Part shown: in pieces, positions 26,353 through 41,041 of the stretch
Position numbering within the stretch: the stretch's first letter is position 1
How the letters are laid out: every line of letters begins with the position of its first letter
The notes under the pieces: model-generated
Databases searched by the model: none
What the model was told of the DNA's origin: nothing
Seen by the model: only the letters and a program-made list of their open reading frames with translations
NCBI RefSeq assembly: GCF_006345805.1
Contig: NC_043001.1
Span: 111,972,001-112,036,000 of the forward strand
Length of the DNA stretch: 64,000 bases
Origin: Octopus sinensis
Taxonomy: Eukaryota
Direction of reading: 5' to 3'
Position numbers and translations under genes: made by a program

Positions 26353-27719
26353 TGTGTTTATAATTGCTATGAAAATACTAATAGATAAAATATGGATTCT
26401 AATACTGAAGTACAAATAAGCGTACTGTTTATTTGTAACTGTTTGTTTCTATTGATGTATTTCTCATTTTCTTTCAATCCACAAATACATCCGATATTTC
26501 CAATTAAATAACAAACAGACGGAAACAGAAAAGATGAATTACAAGAAGTGATAACAAAAGTCCGAAAAACATAATATACTGATGAAATATGTCGAACTTA
26601 AAAACACCCAGTTTTCAAGTAGAATATAACTATATTCTTTGTTATCTTCATATTCTGGATGTCTGATTCCATAAATAGATTTCACTACAGTTTACCGATG
26701 AATGCTTAGAAAAGTGAATTAAAGATTGAAAACAAATTGTGGAATTTATAATTTTCTGAAATTTCGTGCTAACATATTTAAGTTCGCATTTGTATTTTGA
26801 CAAGAAGGTTAAGATGAAAAGCTTTCGATTATGCGAGGTAACTAAAAGTATAAAATCATCGTTTCAGAAATGATTCATTTTACAAGTGAATATCATTAAA
26901 ATTATACTGTGATTCAGAGCTTTAGATGTATTGGAGAGAAGTCATATTAAGCAGGTAAAGTATAGTTCAATAAAATTCCATGTGAGAGAAATCGCTTTTC
27001 AAAGACAACAAGGAAAAGGCCTAGAGGTCATCAGTTATTTAGAATCTTATTTGGAGTTAAAAGAAAATTCTTGTCTTAGAGAAATTTGAAAGTTTACATC
27101 TTTCGTCTCAAACGGTTTTCTATTATCTACGTTCTGTTCATTCTTCCTTCAACCCCATCACGTTACCACTTCTCAAAACTTATGAAGTTTCTGATATAGT
27201 TTTCTTATTGGCTTTCTAATTAAAGCAGACAAAGGGCAGATAAAAGAGAGGCAAAAGGCTGGTGTTATAGAGGCAGATTAAAAATGAACGAGCCAGTACA
27301 CCATCAATTCATATCGTTTCAATGACCCTTTGTTTATTTCACGCATTAGCAACTTGAACTTCAGCATTGCAGGCCATCTGTAAAGAGACTAGGAAGTGCG
27401 ATAGCTGTTTAGCAATACAAGTAACAAGAAAACCACGCAGGATGTGATATATGAACAGCCTTGCAATGTTGGTTCCAATCTTCGTTCAGGGATATATTCC
27501 ACCTTCTTAAAGAATAAACGTAAATCCAGGCTGGCCTACGAAGCAAATTTTACTGTATAAATTGGGTAAAGTTCAGTGGTTACAATTCTCGCGAACCTTT
27601 GTTAATGGAAGTGACAGAGGACAGTGCATTCATTAAAACTTTTGAAGCTTCACTAGCACTGTTCAACACCCACAATATAAATCACAATAATCAATAGCAC
27701 GAAGGTCCGTCCCCAACTG

Positions 27720-27875
<156 letters not shown>

Positions 27876-30197
27876 GTCAAAATAAGCAACAAGGATATCC
27901 AGAGGTAATTCAGCACGATCGTCTCATGCAACTCCATTTAATTGAACAATGTAATCATTTCATCAATTTAAAATGCAGAGCAATCTTTAGCTGCACAAAG
28001 ATATAGAATTTAATAAATTTAGAACAGATGGACATATTAGTATAATTATACCTAAAATCTCCGAGAAGTTAAGGAGATAGACAAAGAACATGCTGTCTCG
28101 CTCCAATTTAGAAGTTACAGAATTTTCAAGAAGATATACATTGTTACAAACTCTGCCTGTTACTGTTTTTATGGGGTCAGTTTTAATTTATAGACTAGTT
28201 TATCAACTCCCTTGTAAATCTAAGGTTGAGAGAACAGAGAGCAGTATCTGTTAGGGGTAGGGCTGAGGGAGAAGACAGACATCATAGTTGGTATAGTCAT
28301 AAAAATCAAGATTTATTAGAAGCAATATCGAGGTTTGTTAAAGGAAAACTTAAAACAAGTTGTTAGCTGATAATTAAAGGGGTCGCTCACTAGTAGACCA
28401 TATATATATATACGAACTACGAGTGCTGAACAATTCATTAAAAATAATTTTATTGCACGTAAAAGAATTGATGAAAACCAGTTAAATAATTAATTTTTCG
28501 TAATCAGAATTATAATCATTTGGTGTAGTAGTAGGATACAGACAATTGTATTGTCACTGATATATTAATGGTTTCTGATTTAGGTACAAGGCCAGAAGAT
28601 TTTATAGGAGAGTTTTGACCGACTTCATGGACCCCAGTACTCGACTGGAAGTAGTTTCGGTGCAGGGTCAGCTGTTTTTAAGGGAATGATTTAATTGCTA
28701 GCATCCACTCTAATACGTGACTCTTACTTTTAACGAACCCGGACAGAAGAAAAGCAAATTTGTCCTCAATTCCAAAATGCATGTAATACGGAATTTGAAT
28801 TTGGAACTAAAGGGCATATTTAATTGCTTCAAATTATTTAGTTCCATGGTAGAAAAAGTGTAACTTTTTAAAAATCGAGTCTACCACTGGAAGTATTTCA
28901 CTTCAAAGTCGAAAGTATCTGGCTGTATGACTGACTCGTTCATGTTGGTACACTAACGTGACGTTAATTGGACATTCCGTCAATTTTCAAACTGATTTTT
29001 GCCGGAACAGTGTGAAACAAAATGTTTTGCCGAAGGGCATAATAGGCTTCCTGAATGGGAATCGTTCATACCACATTCTGATAGAGATCTCACTTGACTA
29101 ACCGTAATATATAACTTTCCTGCAATTCTGTCAACTTAAAAGTGCGTTCTATTGATATTTTGTTTCATTAGGAACAACTTATTTGATTCTCAAGAAAGCA
29201 GAATAATGGCGAGTTAATTGATTCAAGTGGACAGAAACACATTCAATCTAGAAATAAATTTAGCAAACAGACAATAGTGACATTTTAGTACAGAAACGAA
29301 CAGTAGTTTACAAAAACTTTCATTGGAACTATCCCGATTCTTTAATGCATGTGGCAGGCAGATAAGAATCACATACGAATGCTTCATTTAATCCACAATT
29401 TGAACTTTCTCGACATTACGGAGCACTGCATACGTATTTCACGCAAAAAAACATTTCATGTAACCTAAATAAGAAGAATTGAAATGATATGCTTATAATA
29501 GCTGTTTTCGCTCATTCTATAACTTAAATTACAAAATAATTTTGACATCGTGGTTATCATTATAAATATCAACAGACAAGTGATTAAGCATACCAAATGT
29601 GTCTCTGAGGCGGTTGAATTTTTCCGAAATCCGTAGGTTGAATTTCCTTCGAAATTGTCATTTAAATAACGTAGAAACAAAGAACTGGCTTGTAGGAATC
29701 TGTGGATTGAAGAGACCAGTAGAATTACAACAAAAAAAAAACAAAACAAAACAAAACAAAACAATAGAAAATTACAAAGAATAATAAACGATGCAGTCGT
29801 TGGTTGTGTAGGTGTAACAGAAAAATTCTTTACGGGCAAAGTAATATTCTATCTAATAATTATAGATATCATCTTCTCAAAATGGAAAATAATTGGGCCA
29901 GCAAAATCATGTCATAGACTTGAGAAAACAAACGTTAGTGAGATTATTTATTTCATTTTCCATTTTTCCCCAAGGAACACTGAACAAATCTGTCATGATA
30001 AAGATGTGGAGAATAAAGTTTCTGCAATCACCAAATCACTAAGATATCGATTGTGTAAAAAGTAACCTAAAAGAACAAAGCATTATTTCTACTTATTTTT
30101 ATATATGATGGCCGTGTCATTCAATTCATATCAACAACTAATTGATTGATAAGGAAAGAGATGCAGTAACGACTTGCACAGATTCTGAAATGTTTTT

Positions 30198-30307
30198 GGC
30201 TACAGTATATTCTTAATTTATTGACTGTCCTATAGGTTTTCTACTTTAGAAGTTAGAGAAATAGGGGTTGCATCGATGACGTTTGCTGCCACTCGGAGAC
30301 TAGCGGG
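30198..30307. repeat. 110-bp exact direct repeat of PLE segment 33515-33624
   Basis: ggctacagtatattc...cggagactagcggg is identical at both loci by eye. Confidence 0.9.
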
Positions 30308-30711
30308 TTCATGCAGTTGAAATTAAACATGTAGATCTGAGTCTGTAAGAAATTTGTAGTCCTAAAATTTAGAGGAGCTGGAGGGATTTAGTAGCGCGCT
30401 ATACACGAGTGGGGAACGCAAGGAGAGAGATAGTCATTTGAATATACATTGGATTTAACAGTATTGTTACCCTCTCGTTGATGTGTTTTCTATGTCATTT
30501 TCATAGAATCGGTACCAAGATGTTGGACTCTTAAACGACAGACAAAGTTGCATCAATACAAAGAGGTGCATGAATGCAAAGAGTTGCCAAGCAGGCAAAC
30601 ATTAAAACAATCTATTTTTCTTAAGGGCTTTTAGCTTCCTTTATACAATTACAAAATCTATGATCATTGTTAACCCCTCCCAATAAAAATTACAATCGAA
30701 GAGTGCCGTAA

Positions 30712-31110
30712 ATATACTCTCTTCTACTCTTTTACTTGTTTCAGACATTTGACTGCGACCATGGAGAAGCACCGCCTTTAGTCGAACAAATCGACTTATT
30801 CTTTGTAAGCCTAGTACTTATTTTATCGGTCTCTTTTGCCAAACCGTTAAGTTACGGGAACGTAAACACACCAGTTGTCAAGCGATGTTGGGGGGACAAA
30901 CACAGAAGACACACACACACACACACACACATATTCATATATATATATACGACGGGCTCCTTTCAGTTTCCGTCTACCAAATCCACTCGCAAGGCTTTGG
31001 TCGTCCCGAGGCTATAGAAGATGACACTTTCCCAAGGTGCCACGCAGTGGGACTGAACCTGGAAATATGTGGCTGGTAAGCAAGCTACTTACCACACAGC
31101 CACTCCTGCC
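30712..31110 (-). mobile_element. SINE family A
   Basis: Full tail, microsatellite, core and head on the minus strand. Confidence 0.9.
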
Positions 31111-31951
31111 CCTTTATATATATTCACTTACTTTTCATGATAGTCTTACCATGTAGAATTTTGAAAATATCAATTAATGAACTCCGCGGTTTAGGGGTGA
31201 AGATGTGTAGAGAAGATGCTGTGAGAGGATCACGTAAGGAGAGGTGCAGCGTTTGTGATCTACATAAGGGGTCATGTTCTAAGAATCTGTGGCAAATGCA
31301 TCAATAATACACCGAAGTAAGGCGTTAACGAAAGTTGGGGTAGAAAAGTGTTGATAAAAGGAGGATCTGGACGCGCAGTAAGGGTGCCTTGTAACAGCAA
31401 ATTTCAGATCCTAAAAATGCAAAACCAGGTTTTATAATAAATAGTTTCTAATACCAGTCACAGTCTAAGACACTGCTATCGTCAGAGAATCAATATCACA
31501 CCTTTGATCTTGTCAAGAGCAAAGAGACTACAAATGAGTCAGAGCGGACAAAAGTTCCCGTCAGATTTGGCTCGAGTAAAACCGCAATGATGGACATTGG
31601 GTGTATAAAATGTTTTGACTGTGAAAGATAATGTAGGAGAATATCGTTTTGGGTTATATGCATATAGCAGTTACTTACTTGTGGAGTTGAGTAGATTGGT
31701 GGGAAAGGTGTTTCAATTATGATCGTAAGATTGTGGTTTTGATTCCCAGTCTGGTTGAAGCGTTGTGTTTGTGAGTATAAAATTTCATTCCACGCTTCTG
31801 TCCACTTAGGTGGTAAACATGAGTAGAGTGTAGGGTCGAACATATACACCACAAAATCCGAGAAACCAGATTTATGTGCCTATATCGAGGTAATGACCTT
31901 AAATATGCACTGAAACCAAAATCTCAATTTATAGGCGCGGGCGTAGCTGTG

Positions 31952-32110
31952 CGGTAAGATCTTTGCCTCCCAAATATATGGTTCAGGGTTCACTGCCACT
32001 GCATGCCATTTTGGGTAAGTGCCTTCTACTATAGCCTCGTTTGTGGATTTGGATTTGGTAGACGGTAATTGGAAAAACCTGTTGTATACACACACACACA
32101 CAGACACATG
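31952..32110 (+). mobile_element. SINE family A, head and core (diverged)
   Basis: gcgggcgtagctgtgcggtaag...gatttggtagacgg. Confidence 0.8.
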
Positions 32111-32244
32111 CACACACGTACACGCACACACACACATTTAGATTTATCTTAAGGGTACAGAAGACCCTTATGATAAATATAAATTTTAATGCTATTTCAG
32201 GCCTGCAACCACCTATATTGTTGTTGTTATTATCAACTTTTCGT

Positions 32245-32587
32245 TTCTTTCATTCTTTTACTTGTTTCAGTCATTTCACTGCAGCCATGCTGGAACACCG
32301 TCTTTAGTCGAGCAAATCGACTCCAGAAGTTATTCTTTGTAAGCCTAGTACTTATTCTATCGGTCTCTTTTGCCGAACTGCTAACACAGACACACAAACA
32401 CACACACACATATATATATACATATACATATATACGACGGGCTTCTTTCAGTTTCCGTCTACCAAATCCACTCACGAGGCTTTGGTCGGCCCGAGGCTAT
32501 AGTAGAAGACACTTGCCCAAGGTGCCACACAGTGGGATTGAACCCGGAACCATGTGGTTGGTAAGCAAGCTACTTAGCACACAGCCA
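32245..32587 (-). mobile_element. SINE family A
   Basis: As for the other family A copies. Confidence 0.9.
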
Positions 32588-32619
32588 TTCACTTGTTTAC
32601 TCATTATTAGGAATCTATT

Positions 32620-34700
32620 TTTTTTTTCATTTGCAAAATATGAATTTTTAAAAAGGAAGTAAAAAATCTGAAAATCGGCTATAATAATGTAATCTTTCAG
32701 TCTCATTGATATGAAGGTATTATGTCTTGGAGAAAACAATTGGAGGTAAAAGTTACAGAGGTTTTAAAATCTGAAAAGCTGAGTATTTTTAACCAATAAC
32801 GTTTCATCAAGAAAGGCCTTATTATTTTTATATATTGGTTCTTCTGCCTATTTATGGCACTTTTTATTTCGGACCTTTGGGCAATCCGTAGAAATTGCTC
32901 TCTTTGATTACAGAGTTGCATATATAATCTTTCTCCTTGTCTGTGAAGGAACCTTGGTAGTCATTGATTAGTGTTCTGATTTTATTCATTATTTCTTTTT
33001 CTGGGTGTCTTGGTTCTTCCTTGTAGTAGGTTTGGTTTGTTAACATTTCCAATATTTTGTCTATAGTAGTCCTTATCAATTTCTTTTAGGATGATTGAGT
33101 TGTCATTCTTCAGTGTTTGTAAGGCCTCCTTTTGTCCTTCACGAAAGTTTTGTTTGAAATTGTGTCTATATACGCATCTTAATATTTGTCATTTTCCACG
33201 TAGGGGTTGAAGTGGGATTTATTTCTTCGATAAGTCGAAGGTTGGAGTTGAAATGTTCAATATCAAATTTCAGTTAAATGAGATTAAGGGTGGGTGTCGG
33301 GGTAAACTCGAAGCTTTCCAATAGAGGGTTTATTTCACTCTTATTGAGGTTTCTATTTGACAAATGTATGATCTTCGGGTCTATATGTTGTGTGTATTCA
33401 TTACAATTTTGTGCTGTGTCGGGTCTGGTGCGTGATTGTATTATTTTCTTCCCAAAAAAGGAATCGTGCTACCGTGTATCGATTTCCTGATTTCGGGGTA
33501 CTAGTTCCCAGGTAGGCTACAGTATATTCTTAATTTATTGACTGTCCTATAGGTTTTCTACTTTAGAAGTTAGAGAAATAGGGGTTGCATCGATGACGTT
33601 TGCTGCCACTCGGAGACTAGCGGGGTTCCTGTTTATTGTACGAATTCCGTTGTCTACGGGTTCTGATTTCTTCCCATCTTCCTTATTCTGGGGGCCATTC
33701 AGGCTATATGGGATTCTTGGTCGTAAATCGTGGGCTTCTTTAGTTACCATGGTGGTTATTCATATTATAGTTTCTGTGTTGTCCGCATTCTTTTTGTCTT
33801 TATTCCCATGTATTCATCCATCTAACGTGCATGGTATTACGGGTTGGTGGTTGTCTATATGTTATTTGTCTTTCATGTCTTTTTCCCCCACGTATTTGTC
33901 CATCTAGGAAGTTTGATATTATGGGTTGATGGTTATCTTCTATATTTCATATGTTGGCTTATTGCACTGTAATGTATTGCAGAATATATTTATTTACTAC
34001 CCACAAGGGGCTAAACATAGAGGGGACAAACAAGGACAGACAAAGTGATTAAGTCGACTACATCGACCCCAGTGCGAAACTAGTACTTTATTTATCGACC
34101 CCGAAAGGATGAAAGACAAAGTCAACCTCGGCGGAATTCGAACTCATAACGTAACGACAGACGAAATACCGCTGAGCATTTCGCCCAGCGCACTAACGTT
34201 TCTGCCAGCTCGCCGCCTTATATTGCAGAATATGGTTTCCAGTCTGCACCTGGGTTGAAATGGAAGTCATTTCCGCATATGCTCTAGGTTAACCAGAAAT
34301 CCGATTCCTTAGTCCGGTTCCTCTGGGGTTGGTGTCTATGTTTGTTTTCGATTTCCTCGTATTTTTTCTTGTGGTTGTGGTTTCGTTTTCATAATGGATC
34401 TTTCTCCATAGTTGTCTTTTCACTGTTAGGGAACCACTCTTGTTGTTTTTTCCATATGTTTATGAATTTTTCTTCTTCTTCTTCCCATTTTGTGTCTTCT
34501 TTCCATAGTTGTTGCAGTTTTTCACGACATTGATTGTCACTCCGCTCGGCGATTTCAGCAAATATAACTGTATCAAATTTTCTTAGTTTCTCTTCGTGTC
34601 GTATTTTTTGCGATAGGAGAAGAAAAACTTTCTGCTTCTAGTCGACAAAAAGCTAAGTTCGCAAGTATCGTTGTCTCTTCCGGTGAATCACCTCTTATTT
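32620..34700 (-). mobile_element. Penelope-like element, internally deleted (N-terminal region, RT start, GIY-YIG tail)
   Basis: RHEEKLRKF; then YYKEEPRHPEKEIMNKIRTLI..ESNFYGLPK (the PLE FYGLPKIHK motif) and SEIKSAI..YIKIIRP; then a jump to IADFQIF..RFLI. A family B SINE is inserted at 34005-34220. Confidence 0.8.
34005..34220 (-). mobile_element. SINE family B nested in the PLE
   Basis: Complete reverse-complement copy ending tctgccagctcgccgcctta. Confidence 0.9.
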
Positions 34701-35494
34701 CTTTAATATGAAATTTTCTGGGAAGGATTAGGTTTTCTTCGCCAAATCTGGTAGGTTTTGGCTATATTGTTACATCGAATGCAAAACGTGAAATTAAAAG
34801 AGACCTGAATTTAGTTTTCAATGCAAAACATCGAAATTACACGGTATAGACATAAACGTATTTTCAAAGACATGAAATTATAGGCACACACAAACCCACA
34901 CATACATGCGCACACACACACTCAAACACACATACACACTCAAACACATATGCACACACACACTCACACACACACACACACACACGTAGACACACACGCA
35001 TTCACACATACATACGCACACACACTAACACACACACGCACACACACACTGACACACTCACACACACATATTTAAATTTTCATAGAACCTTTTATCTTCC
35101 CTCTGATACCTCAATAAAAAGAAGAAAAAAGGAAAAAAAAAGGAAAAAAGGAGAAAAGAACAAAAATGCACTCTGTGATGACCGCTGTCCATTCTAGGAG
35201 AGATCACCATGCTTGGACTCATTTCAATAGAATCGTAAAGGACTAAAAAATAAACAAATAAATTAATGAATGGAAGTCAAAATTACGGGAGATCCTCCTT
35301 CCATTCCCCCTCTTTCTCTATCTACTGTGTATAACTCGTTCCACTCATCTCTCTATCTATCTATCTCTCATATCCATTGTCCTGGACCCTCACAAAAAAT
35401 TAAAAAAAATATAATGACTAAATAAAAAAATACTTTTTCCAAAATTTTGGCAACCTTTCTCAGTATTCAATATTTGTACATGACTTCTAACACA

Positions 35495-35632
35495 CACACT
35501 CTCTCTCTGTCTCTCTCTATGTATGTATGTATGTATGTATGTATGTATGTATGTATGTATGTATGTATGTATGTATGTATGTATGTATGTATGTATGTAT
35601 CTATCTATCTATCTTTCTATCTATCTATCTAC

Positions 35633-35731
<99 letters not shown>

Positions 35732-35745
35732 CCTATCTATATGCA
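35495..35745. repeat. (CA)n(CT)n(TATG)n(TATC)n compound microsatellite
   Basis: Direct reading of the sequence. Confidence 0.95.
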
Positions 35746-35754
35746 GTAGTACCT

Positions 35755-35964
35755 CTGTTTTCAAACAAGTCTGATCGCGAATAAATTGTGCTAGCCGCTA
35801 CGCACTCTTTATTTTCTCTCCTTGTTTCTTTCTGTGTTCCTTTCTGTGGAAGAGCATTGGCTCGAAACGTTAATGACATTTTCACTTTCCGAGCATTATA
35901 CTAATACATCTGTTTGTTGTCTACACCACCTGTCTTCGTCTTTTGTTTTTTGTGAATTCTCCCC

Positions 35965-35975
<11 letters not shown>
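35755..35975 (+). mobile_element. repeat family D with hammerhead-like motif at 35840-35875
   Basis: CUUU-CUGUGGA-A-GAGC-AUUG-GCUC-GAAA-CG-UU-AAUG; the tail is shared with 1960 and 46865. Confidence 0.7.
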
Positions 35976-36006
<31 letters not shown>

Positions 36007-37651
36007 TAAAAAAGTGGAAGAGAAATGCCTTCGTTTCATATAATTTAATATCTTTTTATAAATATATATATTTTATATGGATGTCGGGAAATCCAACCGG
36101 TTTTCGCTATTTAAATTAGCTTTTCATGGGACATTGTACAGTAATCAATTCTCATGACAAATAGGTCTCATCATTTTGGATGTTTAAAAATCATCAACAC
36201 TAGTGTTTGGTTCGTTCGACCACAGTCTAATAACTGAAGCAAGTAGAAATTAAACCATACAAGATATATATGACTTATTCATAAACAATAAGGAAAAGAA
36301 GAAATAAAAATGATAATGCAACATAAGTTTTGATCCTTTGCTCTTCTGATAGTTGCTAATACCACATTTCAAAGACAATTTTCACCAAACCTTTCAGTAG
36401 ATATATATCAACAGTAAGCGATCGGTATTTAAGAATATTAAATACGAATCTAATAGGTTTGGTTAGTAATGTCGTATGAAATTGTGGCTAAACATTTATA
36501 GTTTGTTCTAGCTTACAGGGATTCTACTGGCTCGTGGAATTGGACAACACAGAGCAGACACATCTAGTTAGATAAAAACAATATTGACTGATGCTGTGTC
36601 GTTTATTTATGAACAAAGAAATGTCGTATATAATACAAATGATTGGCATAAATAGTTTGTTTGGAGAATAAAAAGAACAAAAAAATTATTCAGAAAATAA
36701 ATGAAAAAGAAACAAAAGGAACGGAGGGGGAGGGGAAATAAATATTCACAGAAGGAAAGAAAACATAAAAAAATATCGAAAAACGATGGAATTACCCGGA
36801 ACAAAACAAACAACCCCACAAAACTACGCCAACAGAATAATGATGAGAACAATAAATTAAACAGCTTTTTTTTTATATTGTATATAATCACAGATAAATT
36901 GATACGTATTGTAGATTGATAGAGATACAGTCAGATAGCAATATAGATAAATAGTGGGTTAGTTTGGGACTGAGATAGATAATAGATAGAAAGATTATCG
37001 GATAAATATAAAGTTATACGAATGTAAGCATTTATTATTTAGCAATGCAATATATGGTTATAAAGAATGCTGTATTGATAGATAATTTACTAGATTCGGA
37101 TTTGGTTAGGTAGATAGCCGATCATACGTTCAGCCATTACAGTCACCCATAATGACGTGTGCAAATACACACAAACACACGTCATATGTGTGAGCGGGAA
37201 ACGGAATTATGTGCAAACATAGCGAAAAAAGATTCTGTAAAACGAGAATTTATATCTAAGCAATTATGTTGTTAACGCAAAGTTTGCTAACAATCTCTGC
37301 TATTGCTTTGTAGACTAAATCTTTGGATAGTGTATTGTTCTCTCTCGTCGTTATCACACCTAAATATGTAAGATGTAAAACGGTCTGATCTACATTTATC
37401 TCTATTGATAATTTCTTTTTTAAATCCTGTGTTAATTAACATGCTAACAGAAAGTCTCAAAGACAGAAGAAACGTAAATATTATATACTGGGCTAATCAA
37501 TACTAAAGTTTAACTCGAAACTAATTGCTTACCCAAAAGACGTGTACTTTCCGCTAGGATTCATATCCGTTTAAAATTTAGGCACAAGGCCAGTAATTTC
37601 GGGGGGGGGGGGAGATAAATCGATTAGATCAACCCCAATGCTCAACTGGTC

Positions 37652-38057
37652 TCTTTTACTCTCTTTTAGTTGTTTCAGTCATTTGACTGCAGTCATGCTG
37701 GAGCAGCGCATTTAGTGGAGTAAATCGACCCCAGGAGTTATCCTTTGGAAGCCTAGTACTTATTCTATCGTTGTCTTTTGCCGAACCGCTAGATGACGGG
37801 GACGTAAACACACCAGCATCGGTTGTCAAGCGATGTTGGGGAGACAAAGACACACGAACATATATATATATATATATATATATATACAAAAATACAACGG
37901 GATTCTTTCAGTTTCTGTCTACCAAATCCACTCACAAGGCTTTGGTCGGCCCGGGGCTATAGTAGAAGATATTTGTTCAAGGTGCCACGCAGTGGGAATG
38001 AACCCGGAACCATGTGGTTGGTAAGCAAGCTACTTACCACACAGCCATCCCTGCGCC
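37652..38057 (-). mobile_element. SINE family A, apparently inserted into a family B SINE (37575-37650 and 38060-38190)
   Basis: Family B halves flank a complete family A copy. Confidence 0.85.
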
Positions 38058-38384
38058 TAACTTATTTTATCTGCACCGAGATGGATAAAAGACAAAAATC
38101 AACCTAGGTAAAGTTTGAACTCAGAACGGACGAAATGCTGCTATGAATTTTGACTGACATGCTAACGATTCCGCCAATTCGACGCCTATGGTAAGGATGA
38201 ATATTAAACAAAAGAAATAGTCAATTGTTTTCTTTACATAACACTTGATAAGGGGAGTTTAAAGTAAGTAGAACACCATATTAAATAACTTGCAATTTAT
38301 AGTTTCATGTTTCTGCAATATGTAGTTCTTCATTAACCCATTTATCTGCTACTCCCACATCTGTTGTTGTTCTTCTTCTTCTTC

Positions 38385-38858
38385 CAATCAGGGCTCACGC
38401 CATTAGCCAAAAAAGAATAATCTCTAATTCGAGCCTACTCTAAGCTACTAAGAATGCACGTGGCAACTTGAAGAGCCACCCACCACACGCGATAGACTGG
38501 CGGTTGCACGGAGGCGAAAGCTACGTTGTTATCCTCATTCTGTAAACGGTGGCTTTTAACGGGTGGAGAGTTGAACCATCCTGGGGTACAGAGGATTTTC
38601 AATCTAGACTAGGGTCTGAAAATTTGCCATACCATAGTGTGTTACAACATGGTTGCTCTGCTTTGTGGCAGAAGTAGGAAGGAAGAGTGAGAGAAGGTTG
38701 TAGTGAAAGAGTACAGCGGGTTTCACCACCCACGCCGGAGCCTCGTGGAGCTTAGGTGTTGTTGCTCAATAAACACCCACAATGCCCGGTCTGGGAATCG
38801 AAGCCGCGTTCTTACGACCGCAAGTCCGTTGCCCTAACCACTGGGCTATTGCGCCTCG
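38385..38858 (-). mobile_element. SINE family C, long-tail variant
   Basis: Homologous to 18646-19121. Confidence 0.9.
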
Positions 38859-39461
38859 ACTCTGTTGTTGTTGCTGTTTATGTATGACTAAGTCGGTAGA
38901 TCGTGTAAGTATATTGTGACAGTCATTCTGGATACTATCCATTCAGGTCTCCAGGCATTGTTTCCCGTTTCATTTTCTTTTTTAAGACGACATAACTTTT
39001 CTTTTATCATTTACTTGCTTTTTCTCATTAGACTGCGGCCATGATGGAACAATGTCTTAAAGATATTCCAGCACTTATTCTACCGGTCTCTCTTACTAAA
39101 CCGTAAAGCCACAGTGCGGCAAATACACCATTACCAGGTGTCAAGGGAAGATGTGGACGAACACTTATACAAAGACACCTACAACCACATAGACTTACAC
39201 TCACACGCACACGCGCGCACACACATTATATATATATATTGAGATTATAAGAGATAATGGTGTTATTGAGACCCAAAGGTGTCAGGTAATGCTGAATAAG
39301 TGCTATAGACAGACCATAGTTAAGTTCCAGATTCGGTAATATTGCGAAAAAAGGGTTCATCGTTGGTTCTATGTCAGCGTGTGTATATAAGAATTTTTTG
39401 CGTAATGAGATAAAAAAAAACCCCAAAGCTGTGTAGATATTAGAACATTTATAGATTGAAG

Positions 39462-39513
39462 GTCTTTCAGCTGTTTCCAGGATATTTATTAATTATATCC
39501 CTTCATCGGAGAC
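39462..39513 (-). ncRNA. degenerate type-I hammerhead-like motif
   Basis: GUCU-CCGAUGA-A-GGGAUAU(loop)AUAUCCU-G-GAAA-CAGCUG-A-A-AGAC. Stem I is GUCU/AGAC, stem II is 7 bp, and stem III is palindromic with U16.1 mutated. Confidence 0.55.
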
Positions 39514-39674
39514 GGTGTGAAAGGATGGTCAAATCATAGTTAGTTTAGATGTGATACAAAATAGAGAGTGAAGTGGAGGAAAGAAAAGAAAAGAAATAGA
39601 GAGGTGGAGGAAAGAAATAGATAGAAGATATGCTGGGATATTGAAATTGTAGATCTATTTCTTTTAGGTAGAAT

Positions 39675-39754
<80 letters not shown>

Positions 39755-40992
39755 CACGCAGTCTTCTTTCAGGGTTAGAACTGAACCCACTTGCTCAAGT
39801 TGCAACATAGAGGGATCAAACTTGGAAATATATGCTTTGAAAGCAAACTTCTTACCATACAGCCACGCATGGTCTCCTTTTAAAACATTCGGTTGTTATA
39901 TCTAACTGTGTTCATCCTAGGTTATATGCCGTCAATACTTTTGTCCGGTTGCATCCGATGTCCAATAAATGGAAGAAAACCTCTACGTGAAATTACACGA
40001 AGACAACAGCACGCACTATTATGCATTATGTGGAGGGAAATGACACACAGCATGTGTTTATTGTTAATTCGGTCAACATTTAATGGGAATAGTTTTCATA
40101 CGTTTCATCTCGTTTGAGATTCAAACGTACTTGAAAACTAAATATCTTTGAATAATTTTCCAATATAAAAATTATACAGTATGTCACGTTTCTTGTTTTA
40201 AGAAATTGGGCAAATTCAAAAACAAGGTATTTGTTGCATTATAGATGTGTGAGATTAAAATCTGGTAAATAATGGAAAGGGGGATAATTCAAAAAAGTGT
40301 AATACAGTCATTCTCATCTTCAAGGTCTGGCTGTTGTGTGGTGCTTAATTTCAAAGCATTGTGCCGTAAATTAAAGTAAGCACAAAAATGCACACACACA
40401 CACACACACACACACACCACACACACACACACACATATATATGCACACACCCGAGCATACACACACAGATGCAAGCGCGCACCAACAGAGTTGAAGCATT
40501 AGTGTAGTCATGACGTTTTGGCCATCTGACGAGTTAACCTTCTATATATGTATTGATTTGTAATTGTACAGTTTTACTGTGCAACGTATAGCATGTATAT
40601 TGGTGCAAACCAGCAAAAAATTTATTGTACACTAATTAATATTATTATTGATTATTGTCTTCGTTTGACCCTAAACCTTTATTTTGTTTATATTTTTTGG
40701 CCCTCGTCCGTCCACCAATGGTCACGTCACGAGCCCGTCTCCTTTTGTCATGCTTGGGTCCCATTCCCAGCAAGTTTCTTGCCGGTACCTCCAGATAAGA
40801 TGCAATATGATCGATAATGGCCGAAATTGCGTTTGGTCTTCTGGCCGATAACTGACGAGGAGTTGGTGACATTCTGTATTTTCTGTTGGCCTGTGTATTT
40901 AGTATATTTTCATTTGTCTAATTACTACACGCATTTTTAAATCACACATGTGTATATGTCAAATTTTTTGTTTGTTGTCTTCTTTTTATTTA

Positions 40993-41041
<49 letters not shown>

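Noticed and set aside
26795-26960. Two short AG...GT-bounded segments (KVKMKSFRLCE; ALDVLERSHIKQ)
   Set aside because: Weak polypyrimidine tracts, no homology recognised, and expected by chance.
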